DNA of 64,000 nucleotides from Eledone cirrhosa (lineage: Eukaryota): assembly GCA_964016885.1 (NCBI GenBank), contig OZ024754.1:24862001-24926000 (forward strand), read 5' to 3'. Numbering within the stretch: position 1 is the stretch's first letter; every line of letters begins with the position of its first letter. Of this stretch, positions 10,001 through 24,400 are shown piece by piece. The notes below the pieces were generated by a model. It saw only the letters and a program-made list of their open reading frames with translations, did no database searches and had not been told where the DNA came from. Both the position numbers and the translations under genes were made by a program.

Positions 10001-13000
10001 GTGGTAGTAGTTTGGTGTTGAAGTGGTAGTACTTTGGTGTTGAAGTGGTAGTAGTTTGGTGTTGAAGTGGTAGTACTTTGGTGTTGAAGTGGTAGTACTT
10101 TGGTGTTGAAGTGATAGTACTTTGGTGTTGAAGTAATAGTACTTTGGTGTTGAAGTGGTAGTAGTTTGGTGTTGAAGTCGTAGTACTTTGGTGTTGAAGT
10201 GGTAGTAATTTGGTGTTGAAGTGATAGTACTTTGATGTTGAAGTCGTAGTACTTTGGTGTTGAAGTGGTAGTACTTTGGTGTTGAAGTGGTAGTAATTTG
10301 GTGTTGAAGTGATAGAACTTTGGTGCTGAAGTGATAGTAGTTTGGTGCTGAAGTGTTAGTACTTTGGTGTTGAAGTCGTAGTACTTTGGTGTTGAAGTGG
10401 TAGTACTTTGGTGTTGAAGTGGTAGTACTTTGGTGTTGAAGTGATAGTAATTTGGTGTTGAAGTGATACTACTTTGGTGCTGAAGTGTTAGTACTTTGGT
10501 GTTGAAGTCGTAGTACTTTGGTGTTGAAGTGGTAGTACTTTGGTGTTGAAGTGATAGTACTTTGGTGTTGAAGTGATAGTACTTTGGTGTTGAAGTGATA
10601 GTACTTTGGTGTTGAGAGTGATAGTACTTTGGTGTTGAAGTGATAGTACTTTGGTGTTGAAGTGATAGTGTTTTGGTGTTGAAGTAATAGTACTTTGGTG
10701 TTGAAGTGATAGAACTTTGGTGTTGAAGTGGTAGTACTTTGGTGTTGAAGTGATAGTACTTTGGTGCTGAAGTGGTAGTACTTTGGTGTTGAAGTGATAG
10801 TACTTTGGTGTTGAAGTGATAGTACTTTGGTGTTGAAGTGATAGTACTTTGGTGTTGAGGTGGTAGTACTTTGGTATTCAAGTGATAGTACTTTGGTGTT
10901 GAAGTGGTAGTACTTTGGTGTTGAAGTGGTAGTACGTTGGTGTTGAAGTGGTAGTAATTTGGTGTTGAAGTGATAGTACTTTGGTGTTGAAGTGGTAGTA
11001 CTTTGGTGTTGAAGTGCTAGTACTTTGGTATTCAATTGATAGTACTTTGGTGTTGAAGTGGTAGTACTTTGGTGTTGAAGTGATAGTACATTGGTGTTGA
11101 AGTGGTAGTACTTTGGTGTTGAAGTGGTAGTACTTTGGTGTTGAAGTGATAGTTCTTTGGTATTCAAGTGGTAGTACTTTGGTGTTGAAGTGGTAGTACT
11201 TTGGTGTTGAAGTGATAGTACTTTGGTGTTGAAGTGATAGTACTTTGGTGTTGAAGTGATAGTACTTTGGTGTTGAAGTGGTAGTACTTTGGTGTTGAAG
11301 TCGTAGTAATTTGGTGTTGAAGTGGTAGTACTTTGGTGTTGAAGTGGTAGTACTTTGGTGTTGAAGTGGTAGTACATTGGTGTTGAAGTGGTAGTACTTT
11401 GGTGTTGAAGTGATAGTACTTTGGTATTCAAGTGGTAGTACTTTGGTGTTGAAGTGGTAGTACTTTGGTGTTGAAGTGATAGTACTTTGGTGTTGAAGTG
11501 GTAGTACTTTGGTGTTGAAGTGATAGTACTTTGGTGTTGAAGTCGTAGTACTTTGGTGTTGAAGTGGTAGTAATTTGGTGTTGAAGTGATAGTACTTTGA
11601 TGTTGAAGTCGTAGTACTTTGGTGTTGAAGTGGTAGTACTTTGGTGTTGAAGTGGTAGTACTTTGGTGTTGAAGTGATAGAACTTTGGTGCTGAAGTGAT
11701 AGTACTTTGGTGTTGAAGTGATAGTACTTTGGTGTTGAAGTCGTAGTACTTTGGTGTTGAAGTGGTAGTAATTTGGTGTTGAAGTGATAGTACTTTGATG
11801 TTGAAGTCGTAGTACTTTGGTGTTTAAGTGATAGTACTTTGGTGTTGAAGTGGTAGTACTTTGGTGTTGAAGTGATAGTACTTTGGTGTTGAAGTGGTAG
11901 TACTTTGGTGTTGAAGTGGTAGTACTTTGGTGTTGAAGTGATAGTACTTTGGTGTTGAAGTGGTAGTACTTTGGTGTTGAAGTGGTAGTAATTTGGTGTT
12001 GAAGTGGTAGTACTTTGGTGTTGAAGTGATAGTACTTTGGTGTTGAAGTCGTAGTACTTTGGTGTTGAAGTGGTAGTACTTTGGTGTTGAAGTGGTAGTA
12101 ATTTGGTGTTGAAGTAATAGTACTTTGGTACTTTGGTGTTGAAGTGATAGTACTTTGGTGTTGAAGTAGTAGTACTTTGGTGTTGAAGTGGTAGTACTTT
12201 GGCGTTGAAGTGATAGTACTTTGGTGTTGAAGTCGTAGTACTTTGGTGTTGAAGTGGTAGTACTTTGGTGTTGAAGTGATAGTACTTTGGTGTTGAAGTG
12301 GTAGTACTTTGGTGTTGAAGTGGTAGTACTTTGGTGTTGAAGTGGTAGTACTTTGGTGTTGAAGTGGTAGTAATTTGGTGTTGAAGTGATAGTACTTTGG
12401 TGTTGAAGTGGTAGTAGTTTGGTGTTGAAGTGGTAGTACTTTGGTGTTGAAGTTGTAGTACTTTGGTGTTGAAGTGGTAGTCATTTGGTGTTGAAGTGAT
12501 AGTACTTTGGTGTTGAAGTGGTAGTACTTTGGTGTTGAAGTGGTAGTACTTTGGTGTTGAAGTCGTAGTACTTTGGTGTTGAAGTGGTAGTAATTTGGTG
12601 TTGAAGTGATAGTACTTTGATGTTGAAGTCGTAGTACTTTGGTGTTGAAGTGGTAGTACTTTGGTGTTGAAATGGTAGTACTTTGGTGTTGAAGTGATAG
12701 AACTTTGGTGCTGAAGTGATAGTACTTTGGTGTTGAAGTGATAGTACTTTGGTGTTGAAGTCGTAGTACTTTGGTGTTGAAGTGGTAGTAATTTGGTGTT
12801 GAAGTGATAGTACTTTGGTGTTGAAGTGATAGTAATTTGGTGTTGAAGTGATAGTACTTTGGTGCTGAAGTGTTAGTACTTTGGTGTTGAAGTCGTAGTA
12901 CTTTGGTGTTGAAGTGGTAGTACTTTGATGTTGAAGTGATAGTACTTTGGTGTTGAAGTGATAGTACGTTGGTGTTGAAGTGATAGTACTTTGGTGTTGA

Positions 13001-16000
13001 AGTGATAGTACTTTGGTGTTGAAGTGATAGTACTTTGGTGTTGAAGTGATAGTACTTTGGTGTTGAAGTGGTAGTACTTTGGTGTTGAAGTGGTAGGAAT
13101 TTGGTGTTGAAGTAATAGTACTTTGGTGTTGAAGTGATAGAACTTTGGTGTTGAAGTGGTAGTACTTTGGTGTTGAAGTGATAGTACTTTGGTGTTGAAG
13201 TGGTAGTACTTTGGTGTTGAAGTGGTAGGAATTTGGTGTTGAAGTGATAGTACTTTGGTGCTGAAGTGGTAGAACTTTGGTGTTGAAGTGGTAGTACTTT
13301 GGTGTTGATGTGGTAGTACTTTGGTGTTGAAGTGATAGTACTTTGGTGTTGAAGTGATAGTACTTTGGTGTTGAAGTGATAGTACTTTGGTATTCAAGTG
13401 GTAGTACTTTGGTGTTGAAGTGATAGTACTTTGGTGTTGAAGTGATAGTACTTTGGTGTTGAAGTGATAGTACTTTGGTGTTGAAGTGGTAGTACTTTGG
13501 TGTTGATGTGGTAGTACTTTGGTGTTGAAGTGATAGTACTTTGGTGTTGAAGTGATAATACTTTGGTGTTGAAGTGATAGTACTTTGGTGTTGAGGTGGT
13601 AGTACTTTGGTGTTGAAGTGGTACTACTTTGGTGTTGAAGTGATAGTACTTTGGTGTTGAAGTGATAATACTTTGGTATTCAAGTGATAGTACTTTGGTG
13701 TTGAAGTGGTAGTACTTTGGTGTTGAAGTGGTAGTAGTTTGGTGTTGAAGTGGTAGTAATTTGGTGTTGAAGTGATAGTACTTTGGTGTTGAAGTGGTAG
13801 TACTTTGGTGTTGAAGTGGTAGTATGTTGGTGTTGAAGTGGTAGTACTTTGGTGTTGAAGTGATAGTATTTGGTGTTGAAGTGGTAGTACTTTGGTATTC
13901 AATTGATAGTACTTTGGTGTTGAAGTGGTAGTACTTTGGTGTTGAAGTGATAGTACTTTGGTGTTGAAGTGGTAGTACTTTGGTATTCAAGTGATAGTAC
14001 TTTGGTGTTGAAGTGGTAGTACTTTGGTGTTGAAGTGGTAGTACTTTGGTGTTGAAGTGGTAGTACTTTGGTGTTGAAGTGATAGTACTTTGGTGTTGAA
14101 GTGGTAGTACTTTGGTGTTGAAGTGGTAGTACTTTGGTGTTGAAGTGATAGTTCTTTGGTATTCAAGTGGTAGTACTTTGGTGTTGAAGTGGTAGTACTT
14201 TGGTGTTGAAGTGGTAGTACTTTGGTGTTGAAGTGGTAGTACTTTGGTGTTGAAGTGATAGTACTTTGGTGTTGAAGTGGTAGTACTTTGGTGTTGAAGT
14301 GGTAGTACTTTGGTGTTGAAGTGGTAGTACTTTGGTGTTGAAGTGGTAGTACTTTGGTGTTGAAGTGATAGTACTTTGGTGTTGAAGTGGTAGTACTTTG
14401 GTATTCAAGTGGTAGTACTTTGGTGTTGAAGTGGTAGTACTTTGGTGTTGAAGTGGTAGTACTTTGGTGTTGAAGTGGTAGTACTTTGGTGTTGAAGTGA
14501 TAGTACTTTGGTGTTGAAGTGGTAGTACTTTGGTGTTGAAGTGATAGTACTTTGGTGTTGAAGTGATAGTACTTTGGTGTTGAAGTGGTAGTACTTTGGT
14601 GTTGAAGTGGTAGTACTTTGGTGTTGAAGTGATAGTACTTTGGTGTTGAAGTGGTAGTACTTTGGTGTTGAAGTGGTAGTACTTTGGTGTTGAAGTGGTA
14701 GTACTTTGGTGTTGAAGTGGTAGTACTTTGGTGTTGAAGTGGTAGTACTTTGGTGTTGAAGTGATAGTACTTTGGTGTTGAAGTGATAGTACTTTGGTGT
14801 TGAAGTGATAGTACTTTGGTGTTGAAGTGGTAGTACTTTGGTGTTGAAGTGGTAGTACTTTGGTGTTGAAGTGATAGTACTTTGGTGTTGAAGTGGTAGT
14901 ACTTTGGTATTCAAGTGGTAGTACTTTGGTGTTGAAGTGATAGTACTTTGGTGTTGAAGTGATAGTACTTTGGTGTTGAAGTGGTAGTACTTTGGTGTTG
15001 AAGTGGTAGTACTTTGGTGTTGAAGTGATAGTACTTTGGTGTTGAAGTGGTAGTACTTTGGTGTTGAAGTGGTAGTACTTTGGTGTTGAAGTGGTAGTAC
15101 TTTGGTGTTGAAGTGGTAGTACTTTGGTGTTGAAGTGATAGTACTTTGGTGTTGAAGTGGTAGTACTTTGGTATTCAAGTGGTAGTACTTTGGTGTTGAA
15201 GTGGTAGTACTTTGGTGTTGAAGTGGTAGTACTTTGGTGTTGAAGTGGTAGTACTTTGGTGTTGAAGTGATAGTACTTTGGTGTTGAAGTGGTAGTACTT
15301 TGGTGTTGAAGTGGTAGTACTTTGGTGTTGAAGTGGTAGTACTTTGGTGTTGAAGTGGTAGTACTTTGCTGTTGAACTGGTAGTACTTTGGTGTTGAAGT
15401 CGTAGTACTTTGGTGTTGAAGTGGTAGTAATTTGGTGTTGAAGTGATAGTACTTTGGTGTTGAAGTGGTAGTACTTTGGTGTTGAAGTCGTAGTACTTTG
15501 GTGTTGAAGTGGTAGTACTTTGGTGTTGAAGTGGTAGTACTTTGCTGTTGAAGTGATAGTACTTTGGTGTTGAAGTGGTAGTACTTTGGTGTTGAAGTGG
15601 TAGTACTTTGGTGTTGAAGTGGTAGTACTTTGGTGTTGAAGTGATAGTACTTTGGTGTTGAAGTGATAGTACTTTGCTGTTGAACTGGTAGTACTTTGGT
15701 GTTGAAGTCGTAGTACTTTGGTGTTGAAGTGGTAGTACTTTGGTGTTGAAGTGGTAGTACTTTGGTGTTGAAGTGATAGAACTTTGGTGCTGAAGTGATA
15801 GTACTTTGGTGTTGAAGTGATAGTACTTTGGTGTTGAAGTGATAGTACTTTGGTGTTGAAGTGATAGTACTTTGGTGTTGAAGTGGTAGTAATTTGGTGT
15901 TGAAGTCGTAGTACTTTGGTGTTGAAGTGATAGTACTTTGGTGTTGAAGTGATAGTACTTTGGTGTTGAAGTCATAGTACTTTGGTGTTGAAGTGGTAGT

Positions 16001-18899
16001 AATTTGGTGTTGAAGTGATAGTACTTTGATGTTGAAGTCGTAGTACTTTGGTGTTTAAGTGATAGTACTTTGGTGTTGAAGTGGTAGTACTTTGGTGTTG
16101 AAGTGATAGTACTTTGGTGTTGAAGTGGTAGTACTTTGGTGTTGAAATGGTAGTACTTTGGTGTTGAAGTGATAGTACTTTGGTGTTGAAGTGGTAGTAC
16201 TTTGGTGTTGAAGTGGTAGTAATTTGGTGTTGAAGTAATAGTACTTTGGCGTTGAAGTGATAGTACTTTGGTGTTGAAGTCGTAGTACTTTGGTGTTGAA
16301 CTGGTAGTACTTTGGTGTTGAAGTGATAGTACTTTGGTGTTGAAGTGGTAGTACTTTGGTGTTGAAGTGGTAGTAATTTGGTGTTGAAGTGATAGTACTT
16401 TGGTGTTGAAGTGGTAGTACTTTGGTGTTGAAGTCGTAGTACTTTGGTGTTGAAGTGATAGTACTTTGGTGTTGAAGTGGTAGTCATTTGGTGTTGAAGT
16501 GATAGTACTTTGGTGTTGAAGTGGTAGTACTTTGGTGTTGAAGTCGTAGTACTTTGGTGTTGAAGTGATAGTACTTTGGTGTTGAAGTGGTAGTCATTTG
16601 GTGTTGAAGTGATAGTACTTTGGTGTTGAAGTCGTAGTACTTTGGTGTTGAAGTGGTAGTACTTTGGTGTTGAAATGGTAGTACTTTGGTGTTGAAGTGA
16701 TAGAACTTTGGTGCTGAAGTGATAGTACTTTGGTGTTGAAGTGATAGTACTTTGGTGTTGAAGTCGTAGTACTTTGGTGTTGAAGTGGTAGTAATTTGGT
16801 GTTGAAGTGATAGTACTTTGGTGTTGAAGTGGTAGTACTTTGGTGTTGAAGTGGTAGTACTTTGGTGTTGAAGTGATAGTAATTTGGTGTTGAAGTGATA
16901 GTACTTTGGTGCTGAAGTGTTAGTACTTTGGTGTTGAAGTCGTAGTACTTTGGTGTTGAAGTGGTAGTACTTTGATGTTGAAGTGATAGTACTTTGGTGT
17001 TGAAGTGATAGTATGTTGGTGTTGAAGTGATAGTACTTTGGTGTTGAAGTGGTAGTACTTTGGTGTTGAAGTGATAGTACTTTGGTGTTGAAGTGATAGT
17101 ATGTTGGTGTTGAAGTGATAGTACTTTGGTGTTGAAGTGATAGTGCTTTGGTGTTGAAGTAATAGTACTTTGGTGTTGAAGTGATAGAACTTTGGTGTTG
17201 AAGTGGTAGTACTTTGGTGTTGAAGTGATAGTACTTTGGTGTTGAAGTGGTAGTACTTTGGTGTTGAAGTGGTAGTACTTTGGTGTTGAAGTGATAGTAC
17301 TTTGGTGTTGAAGTGGTAGGAATTTGGTGTTGAAGTGATAGTAATTTGGTGCTGAAGTGGTAGAACTTTGGTGTTGAAGTGATAGTACTTTGGTATTCAA
17401 GTGGTAGTACTTTGGTGTTGAAGTGATAGTACTTTGGTGTTGAAGTGATAGTACTTTGGTGTTGAAGTGATAGTACTTTGGTGTTGAAGTGGTAGTACTT
17501 TGGTGTTGATGTGGTAGTACTTTGGTGTTGAAGTGATAGTACTTTGGTGTTGAAGTGATAATACTTTGGTATTCAAGTGATAGTACTTTGGTGTTGAAGT
17601 GGTAGTACTTTGGTGTTGAAGTGGTAGTACTTTGGTGTTGAAGTGGTAGTAATTTGGTGTTGAAGTGATAGTACTTTGCTGTTGAAGTGGTAGTACTTTG
17701 GTGTTGAAGTGGAAGTACTTTGGTGTTGAAGTGTTAGTACTTTGCTGTTGAAGTGGTAGTACTTTGGTGCTGAAGTCGTAGTACTTTGGTGTTGAAGTGA
17801 TAGTACTTTGGTGTTGAAGTGGTAGTACTTTGGTGTTGAAGTGGTAGTAATTTGGTGTTGAAGTGATAGTACTTTGGTGTTGAAGTGGTAGTACTTTGGT
17901 GTTGAAGTGGAAGTACTTTGGTGTTGAAGTGGTAGTACTTTGGTGTTGAAGTGGTAGTACTTTGGTGTTGAAGTGGTAGTACTTTGCTGTTGAAGTGGTA
18001 GTACTTTGGTGTTGAAGTGGTAGTAATTTGGTGTTGAAGTGATAGTACTTTGGTGTTGAAGTGGTAGTACTTTGGTGTTGAAGTGGTAGTACTTTGGTGT
18101 TGAAGTGGTAGTACTTTGGTGTTGAAGTGGTAGTACTTTGGTGTTGAAGTGGTAGTACTTTGGTGTTGAAGTGGAAGTACTTTGGTGTTGAAGTGATAGT
18201 ACTTTGGTGCTGAAGTCGTAGTAATTTGGTGTTGAAGTCGTAGTACTTTGGTCTTGAAGTGGTAGTACATTGGTGTTGAAGTGATAGTACTTTGGTATTC
18301 AAGTGATAGTACTTTGGTGTTGAAGTGGTAGTACTTTGGTGTTGAAGTGGTAGTACTTTGGTGTTGAAGTGGTAGTAATTTGGTGTTGAAGTGATAGTAC
18401 TTTGGTGTTGAAGTGGTAGTACTTTGGTGTTGAAGTGATAATACTTTGGTATTCAAGTGATAGTACTTTGGTGTTGAAGTGGTAGTACTTTGGTGTTGAA
18501 GTGGTAGTACTTTGGTGTTGAAGTGATAGTACTTTGGTGTTGAAGTGATAGTACTTTGGTGTTGAAGTGGTAGTACTTTGGTGTTGAAGTGGTAGTACTT
18601 TGGTGTTGAAGTGGTAGTAATTTGGTGTTGAAGTGGTAGTACTTTGGTGTTGAAGTGGTAGTACTTTGGTGTTGAAGTGATAGTACTTTGGTGTTGAAGT
18701 GATAGTACTTTGGTGTTGAAGTGGTAGTACTTTGGTGTTGAAGTGGTAGTACTTTGGTGTTGAAGTGGTAGTAATTTGATGTTGAAGTGGTAGTACTTTG
18801 GTGTTGAAGTGGTAGTACTTTGGTGTTGAAGTGATAGTACTTTGGTGTTGAAGTGGTAGTAATTTGGTGTTGAAGTGATAGTACTTTGGTGTTGAAGTG

Positions 18900-21400
18900 G
18901 TAGTACTTTGGTATTCAATTGATAGTACTTTGGTGTTGAAGTGGTAGTACTTTGGTGTTGAAGTGATAGTACTTTGGTGTTGAAGTGGTAGTACTTTGGT
19001 GTTGAAGTGATAGTACTTTGGTGTTGAAGTGGTAGTACCTTGGTGTTGAAGTGGTAGTAATTTGGTGTTGAAGTGATAGTACTTTGGTGTTGAAGTGATA
19101 GTACTTCGGTGTTGAAGTGGTAGTACTTTGGTGTTGAAGTGGTAGTACTTTGGTGTTGAAGTGGTAGTAATTTGGTGTTGAAGTGATAGTACTTTGGTGT
19201 TGAAGTGGTAGTACTTTGGTGTTGAAGTGGTAGTACTTTGGTATTCAAGTGGTAGTAATTTGGTGTTGAAGTGGTAGTACTTTGGTGTTGAAGTGATAGT
19301 ACTTTGGTGTTGAAGTGGTAGTACTTTGGTGTTGAAGTGATAGTACTTTGGTGTTGAAGTGGTAGTACTTTGCTGTTGAACTGGTAGTACTTTGGTGTTG
19401 AAGTCGTAGTACTTTGGTGTTGAAGTGGTAGTAATTTGGTGTTGAAGTGATAGTACTTTGATGTTGAAGTCGTAGTACTTTGGTGTTGAAGTGGTAGTAA
19501 TTTGGTGTTGAAGTGATAGTACTTTGATGTTGAAGTGATAGTACTTTGGTGTTGAAGTCGTAGTACTTTGGTGTTGAAGTGGTAGTACTTTGGTGTTGAA
19601 GTGATAGTACTTTGGTGTTGAAGTGATAGTACTTTGGTGTTGAAGTGATAGTACTTTGGTGTTGAAGTGATAGTACTTTGGTGTTGAAGTCGTAGTACTT
19701 TGGTGTTGAAGTGGTAGTACTTTGGTGTTGAAGTGATAGTACTTTGGTGTTGAAGTGGTAGTACTTTGGTGTTGAAGTGGTAGTACTTTGGTGTTGAAGT
19801 GGTAGTACTTTGGTGTTGAAGTGGTAGTAATTTGGTGTTGAAGTGATAGTACTTTGGTGTTGAAGTGGTAGTAGTTTGGTGTTGAAGTGGTAGTACTTTG
19901 GTGTTGAAGTTGTAGTACTTTGGTGTTGAAGTGGTAGTCATTTGGTGTTGAAGTGATAGTACTTTGGTGTTGAAGTGGTAGTACTTTGGTGTTGAAGTCG
20001 TAGTACTTTGGTGTTGAAGTGGTAGTAATTTGGTGTTGAAGTGATAGTACTTTGATGTTGAAGTCGTAGTACTTTGGTGTTGAAGTGGTAGTACTTTGAT
20101 GTTGAAGTGGTAGTACTTTGGTGTTGAAGTGGTAGTACTTTGGTGTTGAAATGGTAGTACTTTGGTATTCAAGTGGTAGTACTTTGGTGTTGAAGTGGTA
20201 GTACTTTGGTATTCAATTGATAGTACTTTGGTGTTGAAGTGGTAGTACTTTGGTGTTGAAGTGATAGTACTTTGGTGTTGAAGTGGTAGTACTTTGGTGT
20301 TGAAGTGATAGTACTTTGGTGTTGAAGTGGTAGTACCTTGGTGTTGAAGTGGTAGTAATTTGGTGTTGAAGTGATAGTACTTTGGTGTTGAAGTGATAGT
20401 ACTTTGGTGTTGAAGTGGTAGTACTTTGGTGTTGAAGTGGTAGTACTTTGGTGTTGAAGTGGTAGTAATTTGGTGTTGAAGTGATAGTACTTTGGTGTTG
20501 AAGTGGTAGTACTTTGGTGTTGAAGTGGTAGTACTTTGGTATTCAAGTGGTAGTACTTTGGTGTTGAAGTGGTAGTACTTTGGTGTTGAAGTGATAGTAC
20601 TTTGGTGTTGAAGTGGTAGTACTTTGGTGTTGAAGTGATAGTACTTTGGTGTTGAAGTGGTAGTACTTTGCTGTTGAACTGGTAGTACTTTGGTGTTGAA
20701 GTCGTAGTACTTTGGTGTTGAAGTGGTAGTAATTTGGTGTTGAAGTGATAGTACTTTGATGTTGAAGTCGTAGTACTTTGGTGTTGAAGTGGTAGTAATT
20801 TGGTGTTGAAGTGATAGTACTTTGATGTTGAAGTGATAGTACTTTGGTGTTGAAGTCGTAGTACTTTGGTGTTGAAGTGGTAGTACTTTGGTGTTGAAGT
20901 GATAGTACTTTGGTGTTGAAGTGATAGTACTTTGGTGTTGAAGTCGTAGTACTTTGGTGTTGAAGTGGTAGTACTTTGGTGTTGAAGTGATAGTACTTTG
21001 GTGTTGAAGTGGTAGTACTTTGGTGTTGAAGTGGTAGTACTTTGGTGTTGAAGTGGTAGTACTTTGGTGTTGAAGTGGTAGTAATTTGGTGTTGAAGTGA
21101 TAGTACTTTGGTGTTGAAGTGGTAGTAGTTTGGTGTTGAAGTGGTAGTACTTTGGTGTTGAAGTTGTAGTACTTTGGTGTTGAAGTGGTAGTCATTTGGT
21201 GTTGAAGTGATAGTACTTTGGTGTTGAAGTGGTAGAACTTTGGTGTTGAAGTCGTAGTACTTTGGTGTTGAAGTGGTAGTAATTTGGTGTTGAAGTGATA
21301 GTACTTTGATGTTGAAGTCGTAGTACTTTGGTGTTGAAGTGGTAGTACTTTGATGTTGAAGTGGTAGTACTTTGGTGTTGAAGTGGTAGTACTTTGGTGT
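18900..21400. repeat. Tandem block duplication within the satellite, period ~1,298 bp (59 monomers)
   Basis: Rare variants recur at a fixed offset of 1298: ATTCAATT 18913/20211, TACCTT 19036/20334, GCTGTTGAACTGG 19372/20670. The offset later drops to 1254 (AAGTTGTAG 19907/21161). Confidence 0.85.
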
Positions 21401-24400
21401 TGAAGTGATAGTACTTTGATGTTGAAGTGATAGAACTTTGGTGCTGAAGTGATAGTACTTTGGTGTTGAAGTGATAGTACTTTGGTGTTGAAGTCGTAGT
21501 ACTTTGGTGTTGAAGTGGTAGTAATTTGGTGTTGAAGTGATAGTACTTTGGTGTTGAAGTGGTAGTACTTTGGTGTTGAAGTGGTAGTACTTTGGTGTTG
21601 AAGTGATAGTAATTTGGTGTTGAAGTGATAGTACTTTGGTGCTGAAGTGTTAGTACTTTGGTGTTGAAGTCGTAGTACTTTGGTGTTGAAGTGGTAGTAC
21701 TTTGATGTTGAAGTGATAGTACTTTGGTGTTGAAGTGATAGTACGTTGGTGTTGAAGTGATAGTACTTTGGTGTTGAAGTGATAGTACTTTGGTGTTGAA
21801 GTGATAGTGCTTTGGTGTTGAAGTAATAGTACTTTGGTGTTGAAGTGATAGAACTTTGGTGTTGAAGTGGTAGTACTTTGGTGTTGAAGTGGTAGGAATT
21901 TGGTGTTGAAGTGATAGTACTTTGGTGTTGAAGTGGTAGTAATTTGGTGTTGAAGTGATAGTACTTTGGTGCTGAAGTGGTAGAACTTTGGTGTTGAAGT
22001 GATAGTACTTTGGTGTTGAAGTGATAGTACTTTGGTGTTGAAGTGGTAGTACTTTGGTGTTGAAGTGGTAGTACTTTGGTGTTGAAGTGGTAGGAATTTG
22101 GTGTTGAAGTGATAGTACTTTGGTGTTGAAGTGGTAGTACTTTGGTGTTGAAGTGATAGTACTTTGGTGCTGAAGTGGTAGAACTTTGGTGTTGAAGTGA
22201 TAGTACTTTGGTATTCAAGTGGTAGTACTTTGGTGTTGAAGTGATAGTACTTTGGTGTTGAAGTGATAGTACTTTGGTGTTGAAGTGATAGTACTTTGGT
22301 GTTGAAGTGGTAGTACTTTGGTGTTGATGTGGTAGTACTTTGGTGTTGAAGTGATAGTACTTTGGTGTTGAAGTGATAATACTTTGGTATTCAAGTGATA
22401 GTACTTTGGTGTTGAAGTGGTAGTACTTTGGTGTTGAAGTGGTAGTACTTTGGTGTTGAAGTGGTAGTACTTTGGTGTTGAAGTGGAAGTACTTTGGTGT
22501 TGAAGTGGTAGTACTTTGGTGTTGAAGTGGTAGTACTTTGGTGTTGAAGTGGAAGTACTTTGGTGTTGAAGTGATAGTAATTTGGTGTTGAAGTGATAGT
22601 ACTTTGGTGCTGAAGTGGTAGTAATTTGGTGTTGAAGTAATAGTACTTTGGCGTTGAAGTGATAGTACTTTGGTGTTGAAGTCGTAGTACTTTGGTGTTG
22701 AAGTGGTAGTACTTTGGTGTTGAAGTCGTAGTACTTTGGTGTTGAAGTGGTAGTAATTTGGTGTTGAAGTAATAGTACTTTGGCGTTGAAGTGATAGTAC
22801 TTTGGTGTTGAAATCGTAGTACTTTGGTGTTGAAGTGGTAGTACTTTGGTGTTGAAGTCGTAGTACTTTGGTGTTGAAGTGGTAGTAATTTGGTGTTGAA
22901 GTGATAGTACTTTGATGTTGAAGTCGTAGTACTTTGGTGTTGAAGTGGTAGTACTTTGGTGTTGAAATGGTAGTACTTTGGTGTTGAAGTGATAGAACTT
23001 TGGTGCTGAAGTGATAGTACTTTGGTGTTGAAGTGGTAGTACTTTGGTGTTGAAGTGGTAGTACTTTGGTGTTGAAGTGATAGTACTTTGGTGTTGAAGT
23101 CGTAGTACTTTGGTGTTGAAGTGGTAGTAATTTGGTGTTGAAGTGATAGTACTTTGGTGTTGAAGTGGTAGTACTTTGGTGTTGAAGTGGTAGTACTTTG
23201 GTGTTTAAGTGATAGTAATTTGGTGTTGAAGTGATAGTACTTTGGTGCTGAAGTGTTAGTACTTTGGTGTTGAAGTCGTAGTACTTTGGTGTTGAAGTGG
23301 TAGTACTTTGATGTTGAAGTGATAGTACTTTGGTGTTGAAGTGATAGTACGTTGGTGTTGAAGTGATAGTACTTTGGTGTTGAAGTGGTAGTACTTTGGT
23401 GTTGAAGTGGTAGGAATTTGGTGTTGAAGTGATAGTAATTTGGTGCTGAAGTGGTAGAACTTTGGTGTTGAAGTGATAGTACTTTGGTATTCAAGTGGTA
23501 GTACTTTGGTGTTGAAGTGGTAGTACTTTGGTGTTGAAGTGATAGTACTTTGGTGTTGAAGTGATAGTACTTTGGTGTTGAAGTGGTAGTACTTTGGTGT
23601 TGATGTGGTAGTACTTTGGTGTTGAAGTGATAGTACTTTGGTGTTGAAGTGATAGAACTTTGGTGTTGAAGTGGTAGTACTTTGGTGTTGAAGTGATAGT
23701 ACTTTGGTGTTGAAGTGGTAGTACTTTGGTGTTGAAGTGGTAGGAATTTGGTGTTGAAGTGATAGTAATTTGGTGCTGAAGTGGTAGAACTTTGGTGTTG
23801 AAGTCGTAGTACTTTGGTGTTGAAGTGGTAGTAATTTGGTGTTGAAGTGGTAGTACTTTGGTGCTGAAGTGTTAGTACTTTGGTGTTGAAGTCGTAGTAC
23901 TTTGGTGTTGAAGTGGTAGTAATTTGGTGTTGAAGTGATAGTACTTTGGTGTTGAAGTGGTAGTACTTTGGTGTTGAAGTGGTAGTACTTTGGTGTTGAA
24001 GTGATAGTAGTTTGGTGTTGAATTTGTAGTACTTTGGTGTTGAAGTGGTAGTCATTTGGTGTTGAAGTGATAGTACTTTGGTGTTGAAGTGGTAGTACTT
24101 TGGTGTTGAAGTCGTAGTACTTTGGTGTTGAAGTGGTAGTAATTTGGTGTTGAAGTGATAGTACTTTGATGTTGAAGTCGTAGTACTTTGGTGTTGAAGT
24201 GGTAGTACTTTGGTGTTGAAGTGGTAGTACTTTGGTGTTGAAGTGATAGAACTTTGGTGCTGAAGTGATAGTACTTTGGTGTTGAAGTGATAGTACTTTG
24301 GTGTTGAAGTCGTAGTACTTTGGTGTTGAAGTGGTAGTAATTTGGTGTTGAAGTGATAGTACTTTGGTGTTGAAGTGGTAGTACTTTGGTGTTGAAGTGG

